A DNA stretch of 64,000 bases, from contig JAFWKY010000015.1 of assembly GCA_017514105.1 (NCBI GenBank), positions 20,834 through 84,833 on the forward strand, read 5' to 3'. The stretch's first letter is position 1. Every line of letters starts with the position of its first letter. Positions 49,245 to 59,451 of this stretch are shown here, in pieces. The notes beneath the pieces are model-generated. The model saw only the letters and a list, made by a program, of their open reading frames with translations, was not told the origin of the DNA and did no database searches. The translations under genes were made by a program, and so were the position numbers. The stretch is from Candidatus Saccharimonadota bacterium. Lineage in GTDB: Bacteria > Patescibacteriota > Saccharimonadia > Saccharimonadales > Saccharimonadaceae.

Positions 49245-50174
49245 CTAGTACATTAAGCGGCTGTCTTCGTACATATGATTATCGTAAATTTTTTGCGCAT
49301 AATAGCGCATCGTTGGATCGCTCGTTGAGTCTATCAAGATATTCTCAACTAATCTTTGTGGCGCTCCGCCGATTTTGGAATAAGCAGCTAACGCTGCTGT
49401 GGTGTATTCTTTTCCACCACGAACTAGCCAAAACTCAACGGTTTTTCTAGGCAAGGCCGAACGCGCGCAAATGCGATACATTGCCTGATTAACGTCGGGC
49501 TCCTGATGGCGAATTCCGAAATCAAGGAACGATTTTTCTACATACGGCAACTCGTCACAAACTTCAATCGCTAGATGTTTAAGGTCTATACAATCGGAGT
49601 CGAGCCATCTTCTTAGTATATAATCAGGGACACAAAGCTTCTTTACTAATTCCCTGCGCATTTCCTCTGGCAAACAGCCAAAAGCTCCACAAGCATTTTG
49701 CGCAACTTCATAATCGAGAAAACGTGCGTTTCTATGATACCTCAAAGACGCTATCTGAAAATTCAAATTCTCGTCAGACTCAGACCATGAAAGAATCTTA
49801 GCGTATGGTACGTAAGTCATCTCAACGATATTAAAACCGAGATCATTGATTCTAGAATCATACTCGGTTAAGCAATACGTGAGAATGTCTTCGGGCACAT
49901 CGACTCGCCCAAGACAATAGGCGATAGCGCAATAGCGCTGCGAACGATTGCTGCCTTTTATGAACTTTCTTACCCAATCATAGCTTAGAAGAACTGGTGC
50001 GTAGAAACCCTCTAGCGACCACTGCGGATTGCTGAACACAGTATTGACTATTTTTACAAATAGTTCGTTCGTGAGGTCCTTTCGACCACGAGCGGCCTGT
50101 ATAGCAAACGCCTTTTCTTCCCTGGTACCATCGTCTATTGCTCTTTCGATATCTTGTAACTCCATGCTTTTCAT
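49245..50174 (-). CDS. Hypothetical helical-repeat-like protein
   Basis: SD GGGGAGGT before ATG 50174; own hairpin terminator ~49223-49247. Confidence 0.6.
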   Translation of the reverse strand: MKSMELQDIERAIDDGTREEKAFAIQAARGRKDLTNELFVKIVNTVFSNPQWSLEGFYAPVLLSYDWVRKFIKGSNRSQRYCAIAYCLGRVDVPEDILTYCLTEYDSRINDLGFNIVEMTYVPYAKILSWSESDENLNFQIASLRYHRNARFLDYEVAQNACGAFGCLPEEMRRELVKKLCVPDYILRRWLDSDCIDLKHLAIEVCDELPYVEKSFLDFGIRHQEPDVNQAMYRICARSALPRKTVEFWLVRGGKEYTTAALAAYSKIGGAPQRLVENILIDSTSDPTMRYYAQKIYDNHMYEDSRLMY

Positions 50175-50271
50175 TGTTTTTTTTACCTCCCCAATAAACA
50201 CAGAAAACAACCACTGTTAAAGTACATACTATATATTATACACTAAAATTGTAAAAAGTCAATATTATGCT

Positions 50272-50844
50272 TTAGCTAACATGTTTGGTTGTAAAGAATT
50301 GGACGATAGAGCCAACGACAGTGGCACCGATTAAAATCATCAAACGATAATTATCATAGCCAGTCATAGTGACCAAATAAGGCAACGAAGAGACAATCAA
50401 GAATGCTCCGGCCAGCGTAGTCGCTATAATCGTGGCAGGCTTCATCATCATGACGGCCATTCCAGCCGCCAAAACACCAAGTATCGCAGCGATAGCGATG
50501 ACATTCATCTCGGTGCCAAACTGCTGGATGGCGACCATCATAATCAAACCAAAACAAATCCCACCAACGCAGAGTTTTTCTACCGTAAAACCAAGCATTG
50601 CGGCCAAAAGACCGCCACCGAGTGGCAAGATAAATTGCCACGTTTGTTGATTTGCAATATCTGGAAAACTCGAATTAATCCATGGCATCGCATTGCGTAT
50701 CAGCAGGAAACCAATCGCGAACCATATTAGGAAAAATGCCGCCTTTTTTATACGGTAACCAAATAATAGAAGTAAAGCACCGACGATAATAAATAGTATC
50801 AGTTGCCATTGCTCTAGTCCTGCAAACATTTCATCCATAAGCAC
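50272..50844 (-). CDS. Multi-TM membrane protein (DUF4203-like)
   Basis: LFGYRI motif, Gly-rich TM helices, C-terminal VQF. Confidence 0.6.
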   Translation of the reverse strand: MLMDEMFAGLEQWQLILFIIVGALLLLFGYRIKKAAFFLIWFAIGFLLIRNAMPWINSSFPDIANQQTWQFILPLGGGLLAAMLGFTVEKLCVGGICFGLIMMVAIQQFGTEMNVIAIAAILGVLAAGMAVMMMKPATIIATTLAGAFLIVSSLPYLVTMTGYDNYRLMILIGATVVGSIVQFFTTKHVS

Positions 50845-50867
50845 ATTATATCACAAATTTGGGTGAG

Positions 50868-50982
50868 GCATTAAAAAAGACACTATTCGTGACACGCTCG
50901 CTTCAGCCCGTCGTTACGGGTGAAGCTTCGCTCTTCCGCTCCTCGTTAGTCGCGGAGGGTCACAAATAGTGCTTTTTAATGC
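50868..50982. repeat. Intergenic branched palindromic element downstream of rplA
   Basis: gcattaaaaaagacactattcgtgac...gtcacaaatagtgctttttaatgc enclosing GC hairpins (gcttcagcccgt..acgggtgaagc). Confidence 0.7.
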
Positions 50983-50989
50983 AATTAAA

Positions 50990-51973
50990 CTAGTTATATA
51001 GGTTCTCAATCTCAATTGATGGACCCATCGTAGTCGTGAGATATACAGACTTCACATAGGAGCCTTTCAGAGATGCTGGCTTTTGCGCTTTGAGCGAATC
51101 AAAGAAGGCATTTGCATTCTCAAGCAACTTATCTGCGCCAAACGAAACCTTACCAAGTCCGATATGTACGATAGATTGCTTGTCTACACGATATTCAACC
51201 TTACCTGCTTTGGCTTCTTTGACAGCCTTCTCTACATCAGTAGTCACAGTGCCGGCTTTTGGATTTGGCATAAGTCCCTTAGGGCCAAGCACACGAGCAA
51301 ACTTACCTAGTTTTGGCATATACTGTGGGGTTGAAATCAAAACATCAAAGTTGATAGTTCCCTTTTCTAGTTGCTTTAGGAATTCTTCATCCTCAGCGAT
51401 ATCAGCACCAGCGGCCTTCGCTACTTTGCAGACGTCGGCAGGTGCAAATACGGCTACACGCACAGTCTTGCCACTACCATTTGGAAGTACCAAAGTAGTA
51501 CGAATGTTTTGATCGGCCTGACGTGGATCTACGCCCAAGCGAACGTGGGCTTCAAGTGCTGCATCGAACTTTACTGGGCTCGTCTTGATAGCGAGTTCTA
51601 CAGCGTCTTTGAGGGTATAAACTTTGCCTTTTTCAATAAGTTTTGCGGCCTCTTGGTATTTCTTGCCACGGCGCTCAATGCGTGGACGAGTGATTGGCTT
51701 TGCGCCCTTTGGTTTGTCGCCAGCGGCTTCTTCTGCTGCACGCTCAAGTTTACGAGCCTGGCGTTCAATTTCCGCCTTGACTTCTTCAATATGTTTCTTT
51801 GATTTTTTGCCAGCCTTGGCAAATTTCTCTTTTGCTTCCTCGGCTGCTTCAGAAATCTTTTCAGAAGCATCTGCAGTTGCGTCTTCAACTATTTCTTTGA
51901 CTTCAGCAACCTTCTCGGCTACATCAGCCTTGACTGCTTCAATTTTCTTGGCGATATCTTCTTTATCTGCCAT
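50990..51973 (-). CDS. rplA: 50S ribosomal protein L1 with ~95-aa Ala/Lys/Glu-rich N-terminal extension
   Basis: KFD, LGVDP, LGPKGLMPNPK.GTV, TTMGP; start at 51973 (SD AAAGGA). Confidence 0.95.
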   Translation of the reverse strand: MADKEDIAKKIEAVKADVAEKVAEVKEIVEDATADASEKISEAAEEAKEKFAKAGKKSKKHIEEVKAEIERQARKLERAAEEAAGDKPKGAKPITRPRIERRGKKYQEAAKLIEKGKVYTLKDAVELAIKTSPVKFDAALEAHVRLGVDPRQADQNIRTTLVLPNGSGKTVRVAVFAPADVCKVAKAAGADIAEDEEFLKQLEKGTINFDVLISTPQYMPKLGKFARVLGPKGLMPNPKAGTVTTDVEKAVKEAKAGKVEYRVDKQSIVHIGLGKVSFGADKLLENANAFFDSLKAQKPASLKGSYVKSVYLTTTMGPSIEIENLYN

Positions 51974-51985
51974 AATTTCCTTTCT

Positions 51986-52012
51986 GTGGTACGGACGAGT
52001 ATACTCTCCCAC
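51986..52012 (-). promoter_or_regulatory. L1 autoregulatory leader
   Basis: GTGGGAG-agtatactcgtccgt-ACCAC just before the rplA SD. Confidence 0.65.
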
Positions 52013-52148
52013 GATTAATTAACTTCAATCATTATACCAAAAAACTGAGTATATTTCAAGAGTAACCTTGACTTTTTCGGCAAAAAGCGATAAAATAATA
52101 CTGTTACATAAATGCTTCTAAATATCAATCTAAATAAGGATTATTACG

Positions 52149-52577
52149 ATGGCAGAGAAAAAAGTTATCGGTAATTTGAAACTTCGTATCCCTGGCGGTA
52201 AAGCAACTGCAGGACCTCCGGTCGGCTCTACACTTGGTCAGTGGGGACTAAACATGATGGATTTCATCAATCCATTCAACGAAAAAACCAAAGAATTCAT
52301 GGGCAAGAACGTAATTGTTCACATCCGTGTATTCGAAGACCGCACTTTTGACTGGACCTGTCTTGGACAGCCTGTTGACGATTTAATTCGTGAGGCTATC
52401 AAGATCGACAAGGGCTCAGGCAAGCCGAACGTTGACAAAGTTGGCAAAATCACTCGCGCTCAACTCGAAGAAATCGCGAACAAGAAAATGGACCAACTCA
52501 ACGCCAACGACATTGACGCAGCCGTCAAGGTCGTAGCCGGCACCGCACGCTCGATGGGCGTAGAAGTAGTTGACTAA
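52149..52577 (+). CDS. rplK: 50S ribosomal protein L11 (inverted relative to nusG and rplA)
   Basis: GKATAGPPVG, FNEKT, GTARSMG; own TTGACT-17-TAAAAT promoter. Confidence 0.95.
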   Translation: MAEKKVIGNLKLRIPGGKATAGPPVGSTLGQWGLNMMDFINPFNEKTKEFMGKNVIVHIRVFEDRTFDWTCLGQPVDDLIREAIKIDKGSGKPNVDKVGKITRAQLEEIANKKMDQLNANDIDAAVKVVAGTARSMGVEVVD

Positions 52578-52605
52578 AAAATAACCCCTTACGGGGTTAT
52601 TTTTT
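52576..52605. terminator. Bidirectional terminator between rplK and nusG
   Basis: aaaaaataacccc-ttac-ggggttatttttt. Confidence 0.8.
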
Positions 52606-52610
52606 GTTGG

Positions 52611-53159
52611 TTAATTCAACTGCTTCACTTGCAACGCGTCAAGTTCCACTGGAGTTTCGCGTCCAAACATTGATACCATCACTTTGAGTTTACCCTTTGC
52701 AGCATCAATTTCGGAAATAGTGCCATCAAATCCCTTGAATGGACCATCGGTAATTGAAACGACCTCGCCAATTTCGTATTTGACGGAGAACTTTGGATCT
52801 TCTACGCCCATACGCTTCTTGATTTTGGCGATTTCCTTCTCAGATACAGGAGTTGGCTGTGTTCCAGTGCCGATAAAACCAGTGACGCCAGGGGTGTTGC
52901 GGATGATGTACCAGGTCTCATCAGAAAGTTTCATATCAACAAGCACATAGCCCTGCAAAATCTTGCGATCTACGACTTTGCGCTTGCCATTTTTAATCTC
53001 AATTTGTTTTTCTTTTGGCACAATTGCCTCAAAAATCTTGTCCGCCATTTCAACGGTACCGGTACGCTGATTGATAGAATCGGCTACCTTGTCTTCGTAT
53101 CCGCTGTAGGTAGAGATTGCATACCATGCGCGGGTGTCATCATAACGGTTTACTGCCAT
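52611..53159 (-). CDS. nusG: Transcription factor NusG
   Basis: WY..TYSGYE, RNTPGVTGF, GPF, FGRETPVEL. Confidence 0.97.
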   Translation of the reverse strand: MAVNRYDDTRAWYAISTYSGYEDKVADSINQRTGTVEMADKIFEAIVPKEKQIEIKNGKRKVVDRKILQGYVLVDMKLSDETWYIIRNTPGVTGFIGTGTQPTPVSEKEIAKIKKRMGVEDPKFSVKYEIGEVVSITDGPFKGFDGTISEIDAAKGKLKVMVSMFGRETPVELDALQVKQLN

Positions 53160-53168
53160 TTGTACTCC

Positions 53169-53561
53169 TTATTTTATAATTAAACTAAATAGCCACTTAA
53201 AGAACAAATCAATCAAAGAAATGAAGATTACGAACAATGCAGTATAGACCAGCACTGCGCCGACCATCTTCCAGGTTGCCTTGCGATTTGGCCAACGTAC
53301 TTGACGGATTTCGCGCCAAGAGTTGCGCAAATAGCGACCGAACGCAACAAATGGACGAAAGAGTACAAAAACTTTCTTTCCTTCTTTTGCCGCAGCGGCT
53401 TTCTTCTCGGCTTTTGCGATTTTGCGAGCCTCTTTTGCCTTTTTCTTTTCTTGTTTTTTGTCTTCTACGACCACTTTTTTACGAGTAATCGGCGCCTGCT
53501 CTTCTTCCGTTTTTCTGGAAGTTTCACCGGCTTTGATTCTGGTGATTTTTGGTTTTGCCAT
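53169..53561 (-). CDS. secE: Preprotein translocase SecE with Lys-rich N-terminal extension
   Basis: EIRQVRWP plus TM helix, upstream of nusG. Confidence 0.9.
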   Translation of the reverse strand: MAKPKITRIKAGETSRKTEEEQAPITRKKVVVEDKKQEKKKAKEARKIAKAEKKAAAAKEGKKVFVLFRPFVAFGRYLRNSWREIRQVRWPNRKATWKMVGAVLVYTALFVIFISLIDLFFKWLFSLIIK

Positions 53562-53610
53562 TTTACTCCTTCATTAAAAAAAGTCTGATACCAGACTTGT
53601 CAATATTTTA

Positions 53611-55353
53611 CTACACTGGAAACAAATAGTCAAGATAATCTTTCAACATTCTTGTGCCAGAAATCACCGGCAAGAATGCCTCTAATTGCTGGCGAATCGT
53701 ATATGCCAAGTCAAAATCATTATCCCAGATCTGAATCGCCTCATTCATACGAATATATAATTCTTCTAATTCCTCTTCCTCGTTATTGCCACTAATACTC
53801 AAATAGTTATTTTTGGAACAATCCGCTACACCACCATCGTGCGTAGAAATCAAAAGACCCAAGTTTGCAATATCCTTTTCCCAAGATGTACCGCATGCCT
53901 CTAGACCAACAATAGGAATATTAATAGACGCATTTGAGCCGACCGACAGCCCATACGCCAATTCCTCGTCATAATCCGCAATATAATGCACATGTTCGCG
54001 AAGATAATCGTCGGCCGCAATAGTATCCAAAACCGATTTTAGCTTGGCTGTCATTCTATCGTCACCCGTATGAATGCGACCAGTCAAAATATAATGTGCG
54101 CCAACTGGTTCCAATACTGAACGTAGCCGTACTGGATCGCGAAACGGCATTTCTGGGCGTTTATAGTCTACAAAACGACGCTTAAAGTCAAAGACAAAAT
54201 CATCTTCAGTGAAGTGTAGCGCTTTACCGTTTTGATCTCTGCGCTTCGCCAAAACTTTATTAAGCACTTCTCTTCCCTCGCGTTTCAACGCGCGAATCGA
54301 GTCTGAATCAAGCGCGTCTAGTTTTTCCGCAAAATTTGGCGTAGGAAGATCAACGTTATCTAGCAGCCCGATTTTTTTGTAAAAATTCAAGATACTAGGC
54401 AGTACCCATGTTTCCATATCAATGCCATTGGTAATGGCTTTGAACTTTACCTTGTTGCCAGCGATATCGTGATAATTTGCAACCCTCGCATGGAGTTTCG
54501 AGACGCCACTTCTTAGTTCGGCAATTTCAATTGTCACCGATGATAGTTTAATACGCCCGTCTTCAAATTTGTCGTCAATCCATTTCTTTACAGCAGGAGA
54601 CTTTAGGTTCGGATAGACGAATCGTTCAAATTGTTCGTGCGAAAAATCAGCCTCGGCCGCTTGCACCAAAGTATGGTTGGTATACAAAGTATGCTTGCGG
54701 GTGTATACTACTGCTTCATAAAAATCCATCCCATTTGAGGCTAATTCATCTAGACGCGCCAAAGCAGCAAAGAATGTCGCCACCTCATTTAGTTGCATAA
54801 TGGCTGGTTTTAGACCTAATAACTTCAACGCTGCGTAACCACCAAAACCAAGCGATACTTCTTGATATAATCTATGGTCGGAGCCACTCATGCCAGAATA
54901 CAGTTCGCCAAAATTCGGCTCCGTAACCGAAACTATTCTAGTATTCCTGAAACGTTTTTCAATTACGTCCAATTTGCATAAGTTGCCGCAACATTTCACA
55001 TATACGCTATCAACAAAACGAAAACCAAAATCGCGATAATTAACTGTTGTATGTGTGTCGCGTACCCGGTCATCTGCAATTTCTTGATGCGCCTCAGACG
55101 GATAAAACGGAGTAATCAAGACGAAAGGAACACTGTTCAACTCGGCGACTCTCCTAGTGTCTGCCGCGAGTACGCCTAATCCCCCACCTCCGCGGATACC
55201 GTTTTTTTGGTCATATAATTCAATAGTCCAATAAGTATAAGGCCGCTCTTCACTAATAGCCTTAGTCAGATGAACGCGTTCCACCGCCGCTTCAAATTCA
55301 TCAATGTCTTCAATATTTTCGAGTGGATGATAAAAATACGGTTCTTCTTCCAT
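53611..55353 (-). CDS. glgP: Short alpha-glucan phosphorylase (GT35)
   Basis: GGLGVLAAD, NE, HT, ITNG, RRFVDYKR, EACGTSWEK. Confidence 0.8.
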   Translation of the reverse strand: MEEEPYFYHPLENIEDIDEFEAAVERVHLTKAISEERPYTYWTIELYDQKNGIRGGGGLGVLAADTRRVAELNSVPFVLITPFYPSEAHQEIADDRVRDTHTTVNYRDFGFRFVDSVYVKCCGNLCKLDVIEKRFRNTRIVSVTEPNFGELYSGMSGSDHRLYQEVSLGFGGYAALKLLGLKPAIMQLNEVATFFAALARLDELASNGMDFYEAVVYTRKHTLYTNHTLVQAAEADFSHEQFERFVYPNLKSPAVKKWIDDKFEDGRIKLSSVTIEIAELRSGVSKLHARVANYHDIAGNKVKFKAITNGIDMETWVLPSILNFYKKIGLLDNVDLPTPNFAEKLDALDSDSIRALKREGREVLNKVLAKRRDQNGKALHFTEDDFVFDFKRRFVDYKRPEMPFRDPVRLRSVLEPVGAHYILTGRIHTGDDRMTAKLKSVLDTIAADDYLREHVHYIADYDEELAYGLSVGSNASINIPIVGLEACGTSWEKDIANLGLLISTHDGGVADCSKNNYLSISGNNEEEELEELYIRMNEAIQIWDNDFDLAYTIRQQLEAFLPVISGTRMLKDYLDYLFPV

Positions 55354-55374
55354 TCCTCTTATGATTATAACACA

Positions 55375-56331
55375 TTAATACCACAATTCTTTTGGCAATT
55401 TATCAGCAATTCGTTTGTGGAATTCGTAATCAAACCCCTCCAGTTTCTCTGGCGTTTTGTCACCAAAATATTTTTTGCGAATTTCTTTCGCGGTCATTAC
55501 CTCTCCGGGTATCAAGGTATATTTCTTCCCGAAATTTAGTGAGCGACCGTAGTTTTTTGGTGGAAGTACTGCCATCGGTAGAAAATCACAATTCATTTCT
55601 GGATCGCGATATAACCGGAGCGCCAAAAGTGACATGGTAGGAATAATTTCTTCGGTACCATTATAGCAGTCTGGAGTTTTGAATACCGTTGCCTGTCTCG
55701 TTGCAGATGGTGCCACGAAAATCACGCCACCGTTTTTGATAGTTTCGTGCGATAAATCTGTGTACATATCGCGAAAACCATGTTTGATACGATTTGCGAT
55801 ACTATACATTTCTGAATCTTTTGGAATATTTAGTTTCGCCCACGTGGATGGCGTAATGGTTGGAGTAATAATAATGCCGAGCATCTTAATCTTGTCATAG
55901 AATGGTGCCAAAGCTTCATACCAAGGCAGGTTTACCGGAAACAGCATCGGCTTTTCGCCCATTACATCGACTTTCATCATTAAAATACGCGCAATCTCGC
56001 CAAGCGACGGGTGATTAAAGCCCACCACGAGACCCTTTTCGCTGTCCTTTGGAAAACCTTTGTACTCGCCAGGAGTAACTTTCGATAGTATTTTGACTAG
56101 TTTCTTGCGCGCGTTTTTTGCGTGTTTTTCTGGATTGTTCTTCGGGCCAGTAGTTGTAATAAAAAGATTTATTGCCGTATTGCAGGCCTTACCCACCGGC
56201 ACCATTTCTTTGCGCAATTTCTCACCGCCGAGAGATTTGAGCAGCGAATAGTTCTCGTAAATAATCTTTTGGTTGATTTCCCCAGGAGATAAATCTTCAA
56301 GTTCTTGCTTTGTAAAAATTTTCTTAGCCAT
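55375..56331 (-). CDS. PlsC/LPLAT-like acyltransferase (divergent)
   Basis: NHPSLGE (NHxxxxD-like) and FVAPSATR (FPEGTR-like). Confidence 0.5.
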   Translation of the reverse strand: MAKKIFTKQELEDLSPGEINQKIIYENYSLLKSLGGEKLRKEMVPVGKACNTAINLFITTTGPKNNPEKHAKNARKKLVKILSKVTPGEYKGFPKDSEKGLVVGFNHPSLGEIARILMMKVDVMGEKPMLFPVNLPWYEALAPFYDKIKMLGIIITPTITPSTWAKLNIPKDSEMYSIANRIKHGFRDMYTDLSHETIKNGGVIFVAPSATRQATVFKTPDCYNGTEEIIPTMSLLALRLYRDPEMNCDFLPMAVLPPKNYGRSLNFGKKYTLIPGEVMTAKEIRKKYFGDKTPEKLEGFDYEFHKRIADKLPKELWY

Positions 56332-56394
56332 TCTACAGTCATTATAACACAAAAAGAAACCCCCAACGAAAAGTCGGGGGTTAGTTTGCGGGAG

Positions 56395-58560
56395 TTAGAA
56401 CAAATGGTAATTCGCAAAGATTGAGACAAGGGTGTTAGAAACTGTAGACATTGTCTTAATGAAAATGTCGAGCGCAACACCAACTACGTCTTTACGAGTG
56501 TCACCCACCGTATCGCCGGTAACTGCTGCTTTATGCGCTTGCGCAAGTTCTGGAGTCTCTCCATTGTTTGCGATAGCGATTTCAATAGCCTTCTTGGCGT
56601 TGTCAAACGCACCACCAGAGTTGCCATTATAAAGCGCCAGTACGATTGCAGTAGAAGCACTACCAATCAGAATACCGAGCACAAGGTCCGGACCAAATGT
56701 AAATCCGAAACAAATAGGTGTAAGAACAGCCAGTACAGAAGGGAGTAACATATGCTTCAGGGCGTTGCCTGCAGCCAGTTCGATAATGCCATTATAATCT
56801 GGCTTCATCGTTCCTTCAAGAATTTCAGGATGTTCTCTGAATTGTGCTTCTCCCGCCTCAGCGAGCTGTTTCGCAGCCACAATAGTATTGTCTGTTAAAA
56901 GCGCGCTGAAGAACATGATGAGGGCCGCCCCAAGAATTATGCCTACAACTAAATAGACAATGACCGAATTGAGACTAACGTCTCTGGACATGTATCCACC
57001 AGCATAGGACATAATCAGCGAAACGGTCGCGAATGCAGCCGAGCCGATTGCGTTTCCTTTTCCGATAGCGGCAGTAGTGCTACCAAAAGCATCAAACTCA
57101 TCGGTAATCTTCCGGATTTCCGGGCCCAGATGACAACTTTCAGCAATACCACCCGCATTATCTGCGATTGGACCAAAAGCGTCAATAGATACGGTCGTTC
57201 CGACAAAACTGAGCATACCGAGGCCAGCGATAGCGATACCGTAGGTGCCACTCAATTTGTAGGAAATCAACATTGAAATACCGATAATCAGCGATGGGAC
57301 AAGCGCTGAACGGTATCCGATTGCATCACCTTCAGTGACGACAAACGAATCGCCATCTCTAGCCATTGATTTGAGCTTGCGAACTGGGCTATACTTCATG
57401 CTAGTATAATATTCGGTCGATTTCCCTACAAACACCGAACTAACGATACCAAGCACCGCAGCAAACCACGGACGAAGCCAGCCGTACTCGCCTGTGCCAA
57501 ATTGAGGATTACCCTTGAACACATAATAAGCGCCAATCAAACTAAGTACGAGAACAATTCCCGCAGATAGATATGTCGCTGTGTCGAGTTCAATGCTCGG
57601 GTCGGAAATTTCACGCGAAACTTCAATCTTTTCCCCATTTGGACCGACTGTGACTCTTTTGCGGTTCATCTGTATTACCGAAGTAACACCGACGAGACTG
57701 CTAAACAGTCCGCTCGCTAGAATCACGATAGGAAACAGACATGCGGCACTCATTGCGGAAGAGTTACCTGCAAATACCTGCGACGCGATAAGAATACATG
57801 CAGTTGGAGTAGCCATCAGGCTCTCCAAAAGGTCTGAAATGTTACCAGCGATGTCATTTACGCAGTCACCGATAAAATCGGCAATTGTATTTGGCATTCT
57901 GGAGTCATCTTCAGGCATGTTGTGAACATTTTTACCGACAATATCGGCAGAAATGTCCGCAGCTTTGGTGTAGTTACCGCCAGCAACACGGTTGAACATA
58001 GCAACCAGTGAACAGCCAAGCGAATAACAACCTAGTCGCATCGTCATGGCATTGCATGGATTACTAATTAGTAATCCATGACCAACCACATTGGCGTTCG
58101 TTCCACCAGATAATAACCATACGATTAAAAATCCGAGAATTCCAAACGCCGGTACTGCAAAGCCGCTAACGCTACCACCCAGAAGGGCGATACGCATTGT
58201 GCGACTAAGAGCCTTAGTAGTTCTCGCCGCATTGGTGGTCCTTACGTTACCGTAAGTACCTGCACGCATGCCAATTTCGACAGCAGTTGTACTGAGGGCC
58301 GCGCCAAGTAGTAAAGCGGCTCCCGCGAACGCTTCCGTAAACAGTGAATAAAGTAGCGCAATGAAGACAACCGTCGGGAAAATAACCCGATATTCTCTCC
58401 TCATAAACGTACTTGCACCATCACGGATGATTCCCGCAATCTCTTTCATTTCCGCGGTACCCTCGTCATGTTGTCTAAGGTCGACGAAGTTCCGCCTAAT
58501 CAGAAAGAAGGCCACGAGAATGCAGACAAATGTAGCAACATAAACTATTGTACTTATCAT
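56395..58560 (-). CDS. hppA: Membrane Na+/H+-translocating pyrophosphatase
   Basis: GGNYTKAADISADIVGK, DAFGPIADNAGGIAE, GDTVGD..KD. Confidence 0.93.
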   Translation of the reverse strand: MISTIVYVATFVCILVAFFLIRRNFVDLRQHDEGTAEMKEIAGIIRDGASTFMRREYRVIFPTVVFIALLYSLFTEAFAGAALLLGAALSTTAVEIGMRAGTYGNVRTTNAARTTKALSRTMRIALLGGSVSGFAVPAFGILGFLIVWLLSGGTNANVVGHGLLISNPCNAMTMRLGCYSLGCSLVAMFNRVAGGNYTKAADISADIVGKNVHNMPEDDSRMPNTIADFIGDCVNDIAGNISDLLESLMATPTACILIASQVFAGNSSAMSAACLFPIVILASGLFSSLVGVTSVIQMNRKRVTVGPNGEKIEVSREISDPSIELDTATYLSAGIVLVLSLIGAYYVFKGNPQFGTGEYGWLRPWFAAVLGIVSSVFVGKSTEYYTSMKYSPVRKLKSMARDGDSFVVTEGDAIGYRSALVPSLIIGISMLISYKLSGTYGIAIAGLGMLSFVGTTVSIDAFGPIADNAGGIAESCHLGPEIRKITDEFDAFGSTTAAIGKGNAIGSAAFATVSLIMSYAGGYMSRDVSLNSVIVYLVVGIILGAALIMFFSALLTDNTIVAAKQLAEAGEAQFREHPEILEGTMKPDYNGIIELAAGNALKHMLLPSVLAVLTPICFGFTFGPDLVLGILIGSASTAIVLALYNGNSGGAFDNAKKAIEIAIANNGETPELAQAHKAAVTGDTVGDTRKDVVGVALDIFIKTMSTVSNTLVSIFANYHLF

Positions 58561-58668
58561 TCATTCTACCTCCTTTTTAAAGTACAAAGGCGGACCTAAG
58601 TCCACCACTGGACATTATAACAAATAATTATTTAAAATAAAAGCACAGGTGCAATAAAAAAGCCGCAT

Positions 58669-59223
58669 TTAATGCGACTTTTGGGCGGTGACGTTCTCGT
58701 TCATGGTCAAATACCGATAAGAATTTACGGGCTCAATAGTGTAATGTTCTATATTGTCCGAAATCCTTTTTACGAATTCGAGTTTCTTTGTAACTCTTTC
58801 CGCTAACGCGGTATCGTGCAGTTGTTTCATATAGTATTCCGTGGAGAAAATAAGAAAGTTGACTGCAAAGAAGAATATAGGAAGAATAATGTTCTTTTGA
58901 AAAACAAACCAAAGAACCAACATAGCTGTACCAACCAAAATGGCTTTGTGGGCAATACCATCAAAATCGTCACCGATTATCGAGAGGTAGTACCGAGAAA
59001 CATCTTTAAGTTCTCCGGAAAGAAGTTTCTTAATGGTCTGCGTGTCGTAATCTTGGTAATTGTTATCAAATAGATATTCTTCAACGATTTCTGAAATCTC
59101 GACATCCGACAAATCATCTTCATCGCGATCGGCTAAGTAATAAAACAGTGGCCTTTTCTCAAAACCTGAGAACTCGATAGAATCTTTTATCTCGTCTGAT
59201 ATGGTCGAATAATTTTCATTCAT
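58669..59223 (-). CDS. Hypothetical two-TM membrane protein
   Basis: SD AAGGAGGTG. Confidence 0.65.
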   Translation of the reverse strand: MNENYSTISDEIKDSIEFSGFEKRPLFYYLADRDEDDLSDVEISEIVEEYLFDNNYQDYDTQTIKKLLSGELKDVSRYYLSIIGDDFDGIAHKAILVGTAMLVLWFVFQKNIILPIFFFAVNFLIFSTEYYMKQLHDTALAERVTKKLEFVKRISDNIEHYTIEPVNSYRYLTMNENVTAQKSH

Positions 59224-59342
59224 AAACGCACCTCCTTTTTAATATACGCCACCCTTCATATAATAATACCATAAAATATGAGAAATGTCAATTATGAAAT
59301 TTTAGCAAATGTCAAAAACTGTGGTATAATATATATAACCGA

Positions 59343-59417
59343 TGGGGATTCGCCAAGTGGTAAGGCAGTGGGTTCTGGTCCCACCATTCGGGGGTTCGAA
59401 TCCCTCATCCCCAGCCA
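59343..59417 (+). tRNA. tRNA-Gln(CTG)
   Basis: Acceptor TGGGGAT/ATCCCCA, anticodon arm gtggg-ttCTGgt-cccac, GGTTCGAATCC, encoded CCA. Confidence 0.95.
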
Positions 59418-59423
59418 AAAGCA

Positions 59424-59451
59424 CAAAAAGACTCCGATGGAGTCTTGTTTT
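59424..59451 (+). terminator. Terminator after the tRNA
   Basis: aagactcc-gat-ggagtcttgtttt. Confidence 0.65.
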
